Shown here: piece by piece, positions 12,821 to 26,450 of the stretch
How the letters are laid out: each line of letters starts with the position of its first letter
How positions within the stretch are numbered: the stretch's first letter is position 1
Source of the DNA: Chiloscyllium plagiosum
Lineage: Eukaryota
Length of the DNA: 64,000 nt
Assembly: GCF_004010195.1 (NCBI RefSeq)
Contig: NC_057752.1
Coordinates: 16,102,793-16,166,792 of the forward strand
Direction of reading: 5' to 3'
Position numbers and translations under genes: made by a program
The notes under the pieces: model-generated
The model's database searches: none
What the model was told of the DNA's origin: nothing
What the model saw: only the letters and a program-made list of their open reading frames with translations

Positions 12821-13799
12821 CAGGTGGACCTGAAAATTCAGTTTTTTTAAAAAAGGGAAAAAAGGTATTGTTTTAAAAAAAAAGTGTGAAGAAACAGTAC
12901 TGGAACAAAGATCACCAAAACTAAAGAGAGGAGACCATTAAGACAGGGAAAGCTTTGGTTCAGATCACAGCTTCAAGGAATGTCTTTTGTTTTAGAAAGA
13001 GAGTGGGGCAGAGTTTAGAGCCAAGGCACAGACACTGAATTAAGGGGTGATGGGCATCAGAAACATGCAGGAGGCCAGAATCTACAGGAACACAGATCTA
13101 AGAAGCGTTATTAAATCAAGGTGAGAGAGGATGAAAATGGTAGATTTAAAAACATTGGCAGAAAGACCATAGCAAGGAAAAGGGATGACAAGAACAGAAC
13201 CAGCCCCTGGAGCTTCAATGACTATTCGATTGTTTCCTCCTCGTTCATATCAACATGATATTTCGGACATCTGTGTAAACTGCAGCATTTACCTCTGCAC
13301 TCCTCCAGCAGCCCCTTATCCAGCCTTCCATTAAACTTTGGATGCAGCCTCCAACTCCATTTCCAAATCGGCCAATTCTGTCCAACTACAACCCTAACCC
13401 ATCCAAAGAAAACTGCCAGCCCACAGCCTCCCCTAACTCTGGGCCTCTAATTCAGACAGGCCCAGTCATTTTCAGGAAATGGCATCTTATCCAGGTTCTA
13501 GAGCACAATGAGTCAGATCAGGTGACTTTGGCAGTCAGTCAGTCATATAGAGGCTCTTGTACAAATCATGCTGGGATCTCACAAAGAAAGAAAGCTCGGA
13601 TAACATCAAGTGCAAGATATCAGGACTACTTCAAAACCGGATTGACCGAAATCTCCAGAGGTCCCACCTTCTCAACCTCTCCCCTGACCAAAGGCAGTCT
13701 CCCCTAAAATTAAACTCACGACCAGTCACCTACCTGTTTGATTAAGGAGCACCCCTATGGTTGAGACTACAGCAACTTTAAGCAGCTAGAGAATGCTAA

Positions 13800-15000
13800 T
13801 TAAATTTTGTGGGATGTGGACGTTGCTGGTGGGGTCACCATTTAGTGGGGAGCTGCCTTCTTGAACTGCTGCAGGTAGACCTTAAGAGAAAGGAAATTCC
13901 AGGATTTTGACCCAGCAATATATTTCCAAGTCGAGATGGAGTGTGGCTTGGAGGGAAACTTGAAGGTAGTGATGTCCCCATGTGTCTGCTGTCTTTGTCC
14001 TTCCACATGGAAGTGGTTGTAGGTTTGGAAGTGCTGTCTGGGCGGCATGGTGGCACAGTGGTTAGCACAGAGACCCGGGTTCAATTCCCACCTCAGACGA
14101 CTGTGTGGAGTTTGCACATTCTCCCCATGTCCGTGTGGGTTTTCTCCAGTTTCCTCCCACAATCCAAAGATGTGCAGGTTAGGTGAATTGGCTATGCTAA
14201 ATTGCCCATAGTGTTAGGTGTAGGGGGAATGGTCTGGGTGAGTTACACTTCAACGGGTCGGTGTGGACTTGTTGGGTCGCAGGGCCTGTTTCCACATTAA
14301 GTGATCTAATCTTTGAATGCCTGCAGTGCATCTTGTAGATGGTACAATGTTCCTACCAAGTGTCAGTGGTAGAGGGAGTGGATGTGGTGCTATTCAAGAA
14401 GAGGCTGCTTTGTTCAGAATGGTGTTGAGCTTCTGGAGTGTTGTTGGAGCTGACCCCATCCAGGGGCAAATGGGAAGTGCCCCATCACACTCCTGATGTG
14501 TGGAGTGTTGATGGCGGGATAGGCTTTGGAAAGTCAGGAGGTACATTACTTGCTGCAGTATCACTACTGTCTGACCTGCTCTTGTAAACAATGTTTATGT
14601 AGTGACTCCTGTCGAGTTTCTGGTCAATGATAACCCCCAGAATGTTGATAGTGGGGGAATTCAGTGATGGTAAATATTATTGAATGCCAGGGGACAATGG
14701 GTTTTGTCTCTTATTGGTGATGGTCATTGTCTGGCTTACATGGGTGAGCATTTACTTGCTACTTGCCAGCTAAAGGCTGGATATTGTCCAGGTCTTGCCG
14801 CATTTGACAGTGAACTGCTTTAATATCTGAAGAGTCATGTATTATGCAACGTTCAGCACCATCACCAACTAACAACCTCACTTCAGACCTTCTGATGGAG
14901 GGAAGGTCATTGATGAAGCAGCTGAAGATGGTTGGGCCGAGGACACTCCCCCGAGGGACTCCTGCAGAGATGGCCTGGAGCTGAGGTGACTGACCCTCCA
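13800..15000 (-). mobile_element. Old CR1/L2-like LINE RT and 3' region, split by a SINE
   Basis: ORF 14759-15142: ISAGVPRGSVLGPTIFSCFINDLPS (RT motif). Confidence 0.8.
14041..14312 (+). mobile_element. HE1-type V-SINE
   Basis: Same head, V-domain and tail as 5604-5880. Confidence 0.9.
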
Positions 15001-15514
15001 ACCACAAGATTAGCATGGTGCTGGAAACACGCAGCAGGTCAGGCAGCATCCAAGGTGCAGGAAGCCTGACCTCCAACCACATCTGTCTTTTGTGTGCCAG
15101 GTATGATAAAGTAGTTGACAGTTTACCCCTCCCCCACCCCAATATCTATGCATTCCAGGTTTGTGATCACAAGAGTCAAGAATGCTCCCAGTCAGTCAAT
15201 CCTCAAGATCAGCAAATCCTCTTTTTCAGAGAAACACAGAAAGCAGTCATGGAGACTACAGCAGAATCAGACCACTCAAACTCGTCCTTGCTGACCAAGT
15301 TTCCCAAAGCCTGCATTTAATACATATCCTAAAAACTTTTGCTATTCACATAGCTGCCCAAATGTCTTTTAACATTATCATTGTATCCTCATTCACCACT
15401 TTCTCCAGCAATTTATTTCACATGCATACCATCCTGTGGTGAGAATGTGGCCCCTCAGACGCTTTTTAAAAATCTCTTCTTCCTGATCTTAAAAAATGTT
15501 CCCTCTAGATTTCA

Positions 15515-16030
15515 TGGAATCCCAGTGTGGAAACAGGTCACTCAGCCCATGAAGTCCAGTGATCCTCTGAACAGCATCCCACCCAATCTCACTCTCTTAC
15601 CCTATGTTTGCAACCCAATATGTCCTATGGCTAATCCACCCAACCTATGATGGAGGAGGTGGGAGTGTTGGACTGGGATGGACAAGAGTTAAAAAACCAC
15701 AACACCAGGTTATAGTCCAACAGGTTTACCAGGTAGGAAAGGAACAGTGCTCCAAAAGCTAGTACTTTCAAATAAATCTGTCGGTGTTGTGATTTTTTAA
15801 AATTTTGTCCACCTAACTTAAGCATCCCCAGACACCATGGGCAATTTAGCATGACCAATCCACTCTAATCTGCACATCTATGAACTGTGGGAGGATACCC
15901 GAGCACCCGGAGGAAACCAATACACTCACAGGGAGAATGTCTGTGCAAACTCCATAGTCTTCAGAGGGTGGAAGTGAATCTGCATCCCTGGTGCTGAGAG
16001 GCGGCAGCAGCTGCTAACCACTATGCTACC
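15515..16030 (-). mobile_element. V-SINE with a nested palindromic family B insert (~15648-15807)
   Basis: Reverse V-domain; insert acaacaccaggttatagtccaacaggttta...ggaacagtgctccaaaagctagt...ggtgttgtgattttt flanked by tccacc[c/t]aac[c/t]ta. Confidence 0.75.
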
Positions 16031-17269
16031 CTTTGAACTCCCCAATCCTAGGGTGTAAGACTTTTCACATTTTCAGCTCTGATCTCCAGCATCTGCAGAC
16101 CTCACTTTCTCCAGCAGAAAGTGAACCAGCCTATCCTTCTAATTCAAACCCTCTATTCCTGGTAAATCTTTTCTGAACCCTCACCAATTTAGTAATATCC
16201 TTCCTATAGCAGGGCTACCAGAACTGCACAAGTTACTAAAAAAAAAAACAAAGAAATACAGCACAGAAACCACCGCTTTGGACCTTCAAACCTATGCCAA
16301 CCATCATGCCCTAACTAAACTGAAATCAAACAAACCTTCTGTCCTTATTTGGTCCCTATCCCTTTATTCCCTTCTAGTCACATAATCATACAGATGCCTC
16401 TTAAAATATCACCAACGTGCCTGCTTCCACCACCTCTCCTCTCACCGCCATGTTTCCAGTGAAAAAACAATCCTAGTCTTTAGAAGATTCTCAGATCCAG
16501 CGCCAAGACCAGGCAACACCCTGGTGAACCTTCTCTGCACTCTCTCCAAAGCTTCCACGTCCTTCTGGTAGTGTGCAATTTTGGTCACCACATTAATTGG
16601 TCTTTTATGGAGAACAGAAGGGGAAAGAGTAGTTAATCTGCCAACCCCCGTCCAACTCACCTTCGAAAAGGATAATTTAGCAAGACTATTTTGGATCGTA
16701 ACCAATTACTTGGTCAATAATTCTGAACATTAAATCTGTTCCTCTGCGTCTGAAGAAATTCAAAACACTAGTTTTAATCAAGATTGTACCACTTATCCCT
16801 CAAGCCACAGGAAACAAAGGTCACAGCTGCTGACCTGAGCACTGAAAAGCAAGTGACATCCCTCAAGGGTGAAACTGGCAATCCCCTGAAAGTACAGGAT
16901 TCGATTAGAGGGGGAAAAAAAATAATTCATAAGCAGCTGCGAAAAGTCAAGGCAGCTGCACCAGCCAAAAGCAAGCAGTTAGCTGGTAGCAGCAGCACAA
17001 AACACTGAACAAAGAGCCAACACTTCAAGAAAGAGAGAGAGTCTTAAGAGTTATATTGTAGAGCAATAGACTCAGTCCAACTAGTCCACACTGACTGGAT
17101 ATCCTGATTTGATCCAGTCCCATTGGCTAACATCTGTCTGAACCCTGTTCCAGCACATGCACCGCCCGCTGACTCAAAAAACAATCTGATTGTGCGTCAG
17201 TATTTGTGGATTGCTCATGAGGCTGTAATCAGACATGTGTTTTTTCAGCCTCCTGCCCATCTATGTCAG

Positions 17270-17895
17270 AGTTATACAGCACAAACAGACTCTTTGGACC
17301 AATTTGTCCATACAGACCAGATATCCTAAAATTAATAGAGTCAGATTTGCCAGCATTGGGCCTATATCCCTCGAAACCCTTCCTGTTCATATACCCATTC
17401 AGCTGCCTTTTAAGTGCTGTAATTGTACCAGCCTCCACCACTTCCTCTAGCAGCTCATTCCATACATGCACCACCCTGTGTGAAAAAGCTGTCCTGATGC
17501 AACTTAGTCTTTTTCCTCTCACCCTAAACCTTTGCTACCTTGGGGAAAAAGAGCCTTTGCTTTCCTACCTATCCATACTTGGGATCTCTAAAAAAGGTCA
17601 GCCTGCAGCTTCAGACATTCTAGGGGAAAAATAAACAGCCCCAGCCTATTCAACCTCTCCCTACAGCTCAAACCAAGTAACAACCACACAAATCTTTTCT
17701 GAACTCTTTCAAGTCTCACATCATCTTACCTATAAGAGGGAGACCAGAACTGCACACAACATTCCAAAAAAGTAGTGTCCGGCACAGCTGCAACATGACC
17801 TCACAACTCCTATATGTAATGCACTGACCAATAAAGGCTGGCATAGCAAGTGCCTCCTTCTCTATCCTGTCTACTGGTGACTCACTTTCAAGAAA
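17270..17895 (-). mobile_element. CR1 LINE 3' end
   Basis: ORFs 17229-17522 (RVVHVWNELLEEVVEAGTI) and 17716-17913. Confidence 0.88.
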
Positions 17896-18654
17896 GTGCA
17901 AAACTGCCCACAAAAGGTCTGGTCAGGAACACCCACATCCATCAAACAAACTGAAGAGAAAAAAAAAGTTTAAAAAAGTTACATTAATTTCAAATCTTTA
18001 TACACTAATGTGGTGTTTAATAGTTCATATTTGAAAGGAAATTGAAATACCATGTATGAGCAGCCTGGAGCTGCATAAAAGAACCAGATGTGACCACATT
18101 TGAAATGATTAGACAGTATGGTAGCATTGTAAGTAGCTTCATAAAACTGAATAATTTGGTCGAAAGTTTTGACCAGGCTTTTTACACTAAATAACTGTCT
18201 ATGCTACAGCTGCCTTTCCATCGTGAAGACAAAGAGGCCTCCTTCGTCCCCAGCACACTCTCCGAGTCCCAGGAGACGGCTCAGGAATGAAACCGCATCA
18301 GAGTGACGCTTGCTCGCCTCCCAGCGCCAGCAGGCGGCCAGTCAGCCCTTCGGCCCCCCCACCCCGTGCTGGCCCTGCGGGGCAGCCGATTCGCCACGGG
18401 CAGGGAGAGAGTGAAAGGAAGTTTTAGCGGAGCCGGAGTGCGACCTGGGGCCGACACTTGAATCCCCCCGGGGGTGGGGAAAGGGAGATGGATTCACTCC
18501 CCTCCCCCACCCAACCACGGGCGGGGCACAGCCTCCACCCAGAGCCGGGCACTCAGAACCAGGAAGTACCTCGGGGGGAGGGAGGGAGAGAGAGAGAGAC
18601 ACAGAGACATACGGGGGGAGGGGCTGGAAAGGGAGCCAGGGGATGGAAAGGAGG

Positions 18655-19005
18655 CTGTTTGAAATTGGAGAACTCAGTGTTGAGTTCTCCGGGCTGTAGG
18701 CTACCCAGGTGGAAGATGAGATGTCGTTCCTCCAATTTGCGGTCTGATTCGCTGTGGCAATGGAGAAGGCTGAGGATGCTCATGTTGGAAAGAGAGTGGG
18801 AATAGGAATTAAAATGGGCGGTGACTGGGAGGGCCAGTCGGCCCCTGTGTACCCGACTGAGGTACTGGGCGAGACATGCCTTTCGTTTATGTTTGGTCTC
18901 CCCAATGTAGAGAAGACCACATTGGGAGCACCTGATACAGTAGACTAGGTTGGAGCAGGGGCAGGTGAACCTCTGTCTCACCTGGAAGGACTGTTTGGGG
19001 CCATC
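18655..19005 (-). mobile_element. Penelope-like element GIY-YIG endonuclease fragment
   Basis: FTCPCSNLVYCIRCSQCGLLYIGETK...PVTAHFNS...LEERHLIFHLGSLQPGELNTEFSNF: VY...YIG motif with intervening cysteines, typical of PLE endonucleases. Confidence 0.92.
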
Positions 19006-19409
19006 TTGGTCAGGCCTAGGGGCAAGGCCATGAGAAACCATGTAGACGTGTTCAGCCCTCCCACCACCGGGTACCCGTAGATCAGGAACATGGGGCTTAA
19101 GTGCAGCCATATTTAAGGAGCAGCTCCGTCAAAAACCTAAAAAGGGACAGCAAATGGACACAGTCTCTGCACTTAAGAAAGACTGTCTCCTCCTGGGCAC
19201 AAACGCTACACGTGGTCTGGCACCTGGTGAGGTTTCTCAATCCACAGTCACACGAGATCACACTCTCCACCCCAGACCCCTGATGGAAAAGAGGAAAACC
19301 CCTTCATAGAGGGCCCTCCACTGGGGGTCTCTGCTGCGAGAGGACAGGCGAGCAGAGAGTGTGCAGCATCAGCCCGCACAGATAGCATCTCCGTGCTCTC
19401 TGAAAGGTA

Positions 19410-21390
19410 TACATGGACACCAAAAACCCTCTGCACATCCACATTACCAAGAATCTTTTCATTGACCCAGTATTCTGCCTTTCTGTTATTCTTCCCAAAG
19501 TGAATCACCTCACATTTAACTGAATTGAACTCCATTTGCCACCTCTCAGCCCAATTCTGCAGTTTATCCCATTCCCCTTCAACATTATTCCACAGTGTCC
19601 ACCACTCCACCGACTTTAGTGTCAACTTACTAATCCATCCACCTATGCCTGTGTCGTTGTCGCAAAACTGCTCCAGACTGAATATTTTCCCTCAACCACC
19701 ACTCGCTGCCTTCTTCCAGCAAGCCAGTTTCTAATCCAGACTGCTAAATCACCTTCAATCCCATGCCTCTGCATTTCCTCCAACAGCCTACCATGTGGAA
19801 CCTTATCAAAGGCTTTACTGAAGTCCATGTACACCATGTCAACTGCCCTACCCTCATCTACACGCTTGATCACCTTCTCAAAAAACTCAATGAAGTTGGT
19901 GAGACATGATCTGCCCTTGACAAATCCATGTTGACTATTTCCAATCAAATTGTTGCTGGCTAGATGTTTATAAATCCTATCTCTTATAATCCTTTCCAAA
20001 CCTTTTTCTACAACAGACGCAAAGCTCACTGGTCTATAATTACCTGGGTCATCTCTACTGCCCTTCTTGAACAAGGGCACAACATTTGCAATCCTCCAGT
20101 CCTCTGGTACTAAACCTGTAGACAATGATGACTCAAAGATCAAGGCCAAAGGCTCTGCCATCTCCTCCCTAGCTTCCCAGAGAATTCTCCGATAAATCCC
20201 ATCTAGCCCAGGGGACTTTCACTCCTTCTAGAATTGATAACACCTCTTCCTTACTAACCTCACTCCTTTCTAGTCTAATATCTCATATCTCATTCTTCTC
20301 CTTTACAATATTCTCCTTTTCCTGAGTGAAAACTGATGAGAAATATTCATTTAGCCCCTCTTCGATCTCCACAGAGTCCACACACAACTCCCCACTTCTG
20401 TCTATGACTGGCCCTATTCCTACCCTAACCATCCTTTTATTCCTCACAGACCTATAGAAAGCTTTAGGGGTCTCCTTTATTCTATTTGTTAAAGACTGCT
20501 CGTGTCCTCTCCTTGCTCTTCTTAACTCTCTCTTTAAATCTTTCCTCGTTAATCTGTAACTCTCCATTGCCTCATCTGAACCATCTCACCTCAACGTCAC
20601 ATAAGCCACCCTCTTCCGCTTAACAAGAGATACAATTTCTTCAGTAAACCACGGTCCCCTTACCTTATCACTTCCTCCCTGCCTGACAGGGACAAACCTA
20701 TCAAGGACACGAAATATCTGTTCCTTAAGCCATTTCCACATTTCGATTGCCCCATCCCCTGCATTTTGCTACCCCATTCTATGGTTCCTAAGCCTTGCCT
20801 AATCGCATTACAATTGCCCTCCCCTCATCTATAATTCTTGCCCTGTGGCATGTACCTATCCTTTTCCATCGCTAAACTAAACGTAACTGAATTATGGTCA
20901 GTCTCTCCAAATTGTTCACCTACCACTAAATCAAACACCTGGCCTGGTTCATTACCAAGTACCAGACACAGTCTGGCCTCCCCCCTTGTCAGCCCTTTGA
21001 CTTACTGTGTCAGGAAACCCTCCTGTACACATTCGACACAAACTGATCCGTGTGACGTACTAGAGTTATAGCATTTTCAGTCAATGTTGGGGAAGTTAAA
21101 GTCCCCCATAATGACCACCCTGTTCCTTTCACTCCTACCCAGAATCCATTTGCCAATCCTCTCCTTCACATCCCTGGAACTCTGTGGAGGCCTATAAAAA
21201 AAAACTCCCAGCAGTATGACCTCACTTCTCCTGTTTCTAACCTCAGCCCATACTACCTCAGTAGACGAGTCCTCGTCACAAGTTCTTTCAGCCACTGTTA
21301 TACTATCCTTGACTAACAAGGCCACACCGCCCCCTCTTTTGCTGCCTTGCCTGTTCTTAATGAAAGGTCTAAACCCTGGAACCTGCATTC
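19410..21390 (-). mobile_element. CR1 LINE ORF2 (APE endonuclease and RT), internally deleted
   Basis: RGGGVALLV...VIMGDFNFPNID (EN); NYRPVS...QHGFVKGRSCLTN...YMDFSKAFDKVPH (RT); stops and frameshifts present. Confidence 0.95.
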
Positions 21391-21399
21391 CTGATCTTG

Positions 21400-21915
21400 C
21401 TCTAGGAAAGATGTTGTGAAACTTGAAAGGGTTCAGAAAAGATTTACAAGGATGTTGCCAGGGTTGGAGGATCTGAGCTACAGGGAGAGGCTGAACAGGC
21501 TGGGGCTGTTTTCCCTGGAGCATCGGAGGCTGAGGGGTGACCTTATAGAGGTTTACAAAATTATGAGGGGCATGGATAGGATAAATAGACAAAGTCTTTT
21601 CCCTGGGGTTGGGGAGTCCAGAACTAGAGGGCATAGGTTCAGGGTGAGAGGGGAAAGATATAAAAGGGACCTAAGGGACAACTTTTTCACACAGAGGGTG
21701 GTACATGTATGGAATGAGCTGCCAGAGGATGTGGTGGAGGCTAGTACCATTGCAACATTTAAGATGCATTTGGATGGGTATATGAATAGGAAGGGTTTGG
21801 AGGGATATGGGCCGGGTGCTGGCAGGTGGGACTAGATTGGGTTGGGATATCTGGTCGGCATGGACGGGTTGACTGAAGGGTCTGTTTCCATGCTGTACAT
21901 CTCGATGACTCTATG
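21400..21915 (+). mobile_element. Young 5'-truncated CR1 3' end
   Basis: Open RT C-terminus 21416-21835 (LERVQKRFTRMLPGLEDLSYRERL...) plus 3' UTR ending gactctatg. Confidence 0.95.
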
Positions 21916-22449
21916 TGACAATAAAGCTAATTCAATTCAATTCAAGATGGTTCTGGTTGTTGGCTAAGAATCACTATAATGCCAGAACACTCAGGCAGAT
22001 TCCCCTGGAAATAGCCCTAGTCTGACCATTGCTTGTCCCTCTGTCCATGCAAGTTATTAATGATAGTATAACGCACCAAACCCGATCACGATTCAGGCAA
22101 CTGGTGCCTGTCAGACTTAGACAGAGTGGTTATGGCACTGGAAGAGGCCATTGGGCTTATCAGGGTGGTGCTAGCCCTCTGGAGGAGCAGTTCATTCATT
22201 GTCACTCACTCACTTTTCCCTCCATTGCCCTGCTGTTTGTTTTTTCCCTCATTTCAGTAAGTCCGTTTTGAGATCCTTATCGAGAGCCTGTGTGAATCAC
22301 GCAATCAGACAGCACATTCCAGACCCTGATCACTCACTCTTTGAAAATGTTTCTAGACCCCATAGAAAGGTGACAGCATGGAGAGAAGCCATTCAGCCAA
22401 TAGTGTCCAAGCTGGCTGATTGAACTAGCTGCCCGTTCTTATCTGACTC

Positions 22450-24075
22450 TTAGAATCATAGAATCATACAGCTTAGAAACAAACCCTGTGCTCCAACTCA
22501 TCTGTGCCGACAAAATCTCCTAATCTGACTTAGTCCCATTTCCCAGTACTTGGCCCATATCCCTCTCAACCCTTCCTATTCATATACCCATACAGATGCC
22601 TTTTAAATGCTGTAATTGTATCAACCTCCATCACTTCCTCTGGCAGCTTATTCCATACACACACCACCCTCTTTCTGATATAGTTACCCCTTGGGTCCCT
22701 TTTTAAATCTTTTTCCTCTCACCTTAAACCTGTGCCCTGTAGTGCAGAATCTTGTGCTTCAGCTTGCAGCTCAACAACCGAAATGGGGGTGAATTCCGGA
22801 CACCCATCACCCTCTGTGGGAGGGGAAAAGAGTTTCCCCATGTCTTCTGCTAACCATTTGAATCTGTTCCCCTTGCTTTTTCAGTCTGGATGAAGTTCTC
22901 ATTTTCCACTCTATCAAACTCCCTTGTTATTTTGTACACCACACTTCAGTCATACCTTCAATATCCTTGTGTTGAAGGAACACAGCCCCAGACGATATAA
23001 CCTTTCTTCTTAGCTGCAATTTGAAAACCCTTAGTAACACACTTCTAAACCTACTCTGTATTCACCCCAGAACAACAATTTCCTTCCCATAATGTGGTGA
23101 TCAAAACGGTACACAGAACTCTAACTGTGGCCTAACCATTGCCTTATATAGTTGCAGCTTGCTTTTATACCCCAGCTATTCGCAATACAGATTAATGATT
23201 GACACAAATGGAATATCTCCAACTTTACCGATGACACAAAGTTTGGGGGAGTTTTGCTGTGAGGAGGATGCAAAGATGCTTCAGTGTGATTTGTACAATT
23301 TGAGTGAGTGAGCAAATGCATGGCAGATACAATGTGGATAACTATGAGGTTATGCGCTTTGGTGGCAAACACAGGAAGGCAGATTATTATCTGAATGGTG
23401 ATAAGTTGGGAAAGGGAGAGCTGCATCGAGATCTGGGTTTCCTTGCATACCAGTCGCTGAAAGAAAGCATTGCGTCTACAGGAGCTGGTAAAGAAGACAA
23501 AGGTTATAGAGAGTACAGGAGCAGGATGTCTTTCTGCAACTGTATCAGACCTTCATGAGACCACACTGGAATATCGTGTGCAGATTTGGTCTCCTTATCT
23601 GAAGAACAATGTTCTCGTTGTAAAGGGTGTGCAATAAAAATTTACCAAGTTAATTCCTGGCAAGGCAGGGCTGACATATGCAGAGAGACTGGATTGGTTA
23701 TACTCACGTGAGCTTTGAAAAAGGAGGAAGGCTCTCATAGAAACCTATAAAATTCTAACAGGACTAGACAGGGTAAACGTGGGAAGGATGTTCCTGATGA
23801 CTGGAGAATCCAGAACCAACAGGTCACAGTCTACGGATACAGTGTCGGCCATTTCAAACTGAGACAAGGTAAAATATCTTCACCCAGAGAGTGGGAAACT
23901 TGTCAAATTATCTACCATAGAAAGTGGTTAGGGGCAAAACATTGACTGTTTTTAAGGAGGAGTTAGATATAGTTCTTAGAGCCAGAGGGATCAATGGGTA
24001 TGGGACAGAAAGTGGGTGCAGGAGACTGAGTTACATGATAAGTCATGATCATGTTGATGGGCTGAATGGCCTACT
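22450..24075. mobile_element. Cluster of CR1 fragments on both strands
   Basis: Minus-strand 3' UTR pieces at 22450-23150; plus-strand RT remnant at 23200-24075 (tttaccgatgacacaaag, FADDTK-like). Confidence 0.78.
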
Positions 24076-24649
24076 CTATTTTGTATCTAATCAGTACCTC
24101 GTACTACGAAGGAAAGCCTTCTTTAGCACCTTATTAACCTGTCTTGAACGTTTCAGAGTCCTGTCAACATGCAGTCACAGGTCACTCTATCTCCTCTCAA
24201 TACCCTCTCATTAATTGTGTAAACCCTTTTTTAAATCTCTCCCCAGGTGCATAATCACATATTTCCTGGATTGAATTCCATTTGCCATTTTTCTATCCAC
24301 TCAACCATTCGTACTATTTTGCGGTCGCCCCACCCCCTTCATTATCACCTACAAGACCTACCTTGTGCACATTTTCCCAATCATGCCTCCCATATTTAAG
24401 CCTAAGTCATTAATATTTATCACAAACAGCAAGGGACCCAACACTGAGCCCTGTGAAATATCCTTGGAAACTACTTTCCATTCATCAACCATTACCCTCA
24501 GTTTTGTGTCACTGAGTCAACGTTTTATCCAACTCACCACTTTCCCCCAGAGCTCATGACCTTTCATTTTTCTGGATCAGTCTGCCTTGTCAAATGCCTG
24601 TCAAAAACCCACATCCGCTGCACTACACTCCTCAATTGTCCTTGTTACT

Positions 24650-24942
24650 TAGAATTACTAAGTGTAGGTAGAGGCCATTTGAGTCTGCACCAGTCCTCTG
24701 AAGAGCATCTCTATCCCTGTAACTGTAATCTTCCTAGTCTGCACATCCCAGGATACTAGGGACACTTTAGTACAGCCAATTCACCTGACTTGCACATCTT
24801 TGGACTGTGGGAGGAAACCTGAGCACCCAGAGGAAACCCACGCAGACACAGGGAGAACATGTAAACTCTACACAGTCGCCCGAGGGTGGAATCGAACCCA
24901 GGTCCCTGGTGATGTGAGGCAGCAATGCTAACCACCATGCCA
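24650..24942 (-). mobile_element. V-SINE within decayed CR1 (24110-25180)
   Basis: Reverse complement of the V-domain and tRNA-like head. Confidence 0.85.
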
Positions 24943-25519
24943 CACTTCCTCAAGCAATCCAATTAAGTTTGTAAGACATAACCTTCCATTAATAAAATCA
25001 TGCTGACTATGTGATTAATGTGTGCCTTTCCAAGTTCTAAATCTCAATAGCAATTCCAATAATTTTCCCACTACCAAGATCAGGCTGACTAGTCTATCAG
25101 TATTTTGACTTCTCTCTCACATCCCTTTCAAAGAATGACACAGCATTTGTAGACCACCAATCCTCAAGTCTTTTGAATGCAGCCATTTTATCGAGTTACA
25201 GGGGTATACAGCACAGAAAAATCCCCCTTGGCCCACTGAATCTATGCCAGTCAAAAATATGCACCTAACTATTGTCAGAATAAAATACTGTCTGACTGAT
25301 GAGCAGAGGGGATTTTTTTCTGAAGGGTCCAACAAGAAATGAAAGGTACATTCCAGATAGAGACAAAATGAACTGCAAATGGTCAGGAATGAATAGCAAT
25401 CCTTCACAACACTCATACAAGTAATCTTTTTATGCTAATGTTCTGACGTGATGTGATTCACATGATTCGTTGGTTAAAACTGCAATTGTGTTGTAACTTG
25501 CATCAATTGACCATAAGAC

Positions 25520-26450
25520 CATATGACATGGTACAGATTAAGGCCGTTCAACCCACTGAGTCTACTTCAGCATTCAATAAGACCCATGGCTAATTTGATA
25601 ATCCTCAACTCCACATTCCTGCCTTTTCCTCATAACCGTCAATCTCCTTCCCAATTTAAAATGTCTATCTCAGCCTTAAGTATACACTTAATGGTCCAAC
25701 TGATAAATTGGGAAAGGGCGAGGGAGAGAAAAATTCCTCTCTGAGAGAAGAATTTCCTCCTCATCTATGTCTTAAATGGGAATCCCCTTATTCTGAGATT
25801 ATACCCTCTGATCCTAGAGTCTCCCACGAGAAGAAATAACCTCTCAGCATCTCCCCTGTCAAGTTCCCTAAGAATCCTATTTGTTTCAATAAGGTCTCTT
25901 CTCATTCTCCTAAACTCCAATGAGTACAGGCCCAAACTACTCAGCCGCACCTCATAAAACCTCCATTCCTGGGACTAGTCAAGTGAACGTTCTTTGGAAT
26001 GTCTCTGATGCCAGTATCTTTCCTTTGATAAGTGACCAAGAATTGTACACAATATTCCAACTGTTGTATGATCAGTGCCTTGTGTAGTTTAAGCACTTTT
26101 AGACTCTATTCCCTTTGAAATAAAGGTCAATATTCTATTTGGAGGAGAAAGTGAGGTCTGCAGATGCTGGAGATCAGAGCTGAAAATGTGTTGCTGGAAA
26201 AGCGCAGCAGTTCAGGCAGCATCCAGGGAACAGGAGAATCGACGTTTCGGGCATAAGCCCTTCTTCAGGAAGAAGGGCTTATGCCTGAAACGTCGATTCT
26301 CCTGTTCCCTGGATGCTGCCTGACCTGCTGCGCTTTTCCAGCAACATATTTTCAGCTCAACATTCTATTTACCTTCCCTATTATCTGCTAAACTTGAATG
26401 AATTTATTTTTATGAATCATGGACGAGGACCCCCAAATCCCTGTGTCCTG
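25520..26450 (-). mobile_element. CR1 LINE 3' end
   Basis: ORF 25765-25950: RLSSLGLYSLEFRRMRRDLIET. Confidence 0.88.
26141..26357. mobile_element. Palindromic PLE-derived insert (family A), hammerhead core on the minus strand and a truncated core on the plus strand
   Basis: ~90-bp near-perfect inverted arms; 13-bp TSD caa[t/c]attctattt at 26128-26140 and 26358-26370. Confidence 0.9.

Noticed and set aside
18051..18200. Minus-strand frame ...ATILS...IWFFYAAPGCSYM resembling profilin exon 1
   Set aside because: No in-frame upstream ATG, weak donor, similarity likely due to chance.
19410..21915. Minus-strand CR1 abutting a plus-strand CR1 3' end, like a twin-priming inversion
   Set aside because: The two parts look like different CR1 subfamilies and I found no shared TSD; independent insertions are simpler.
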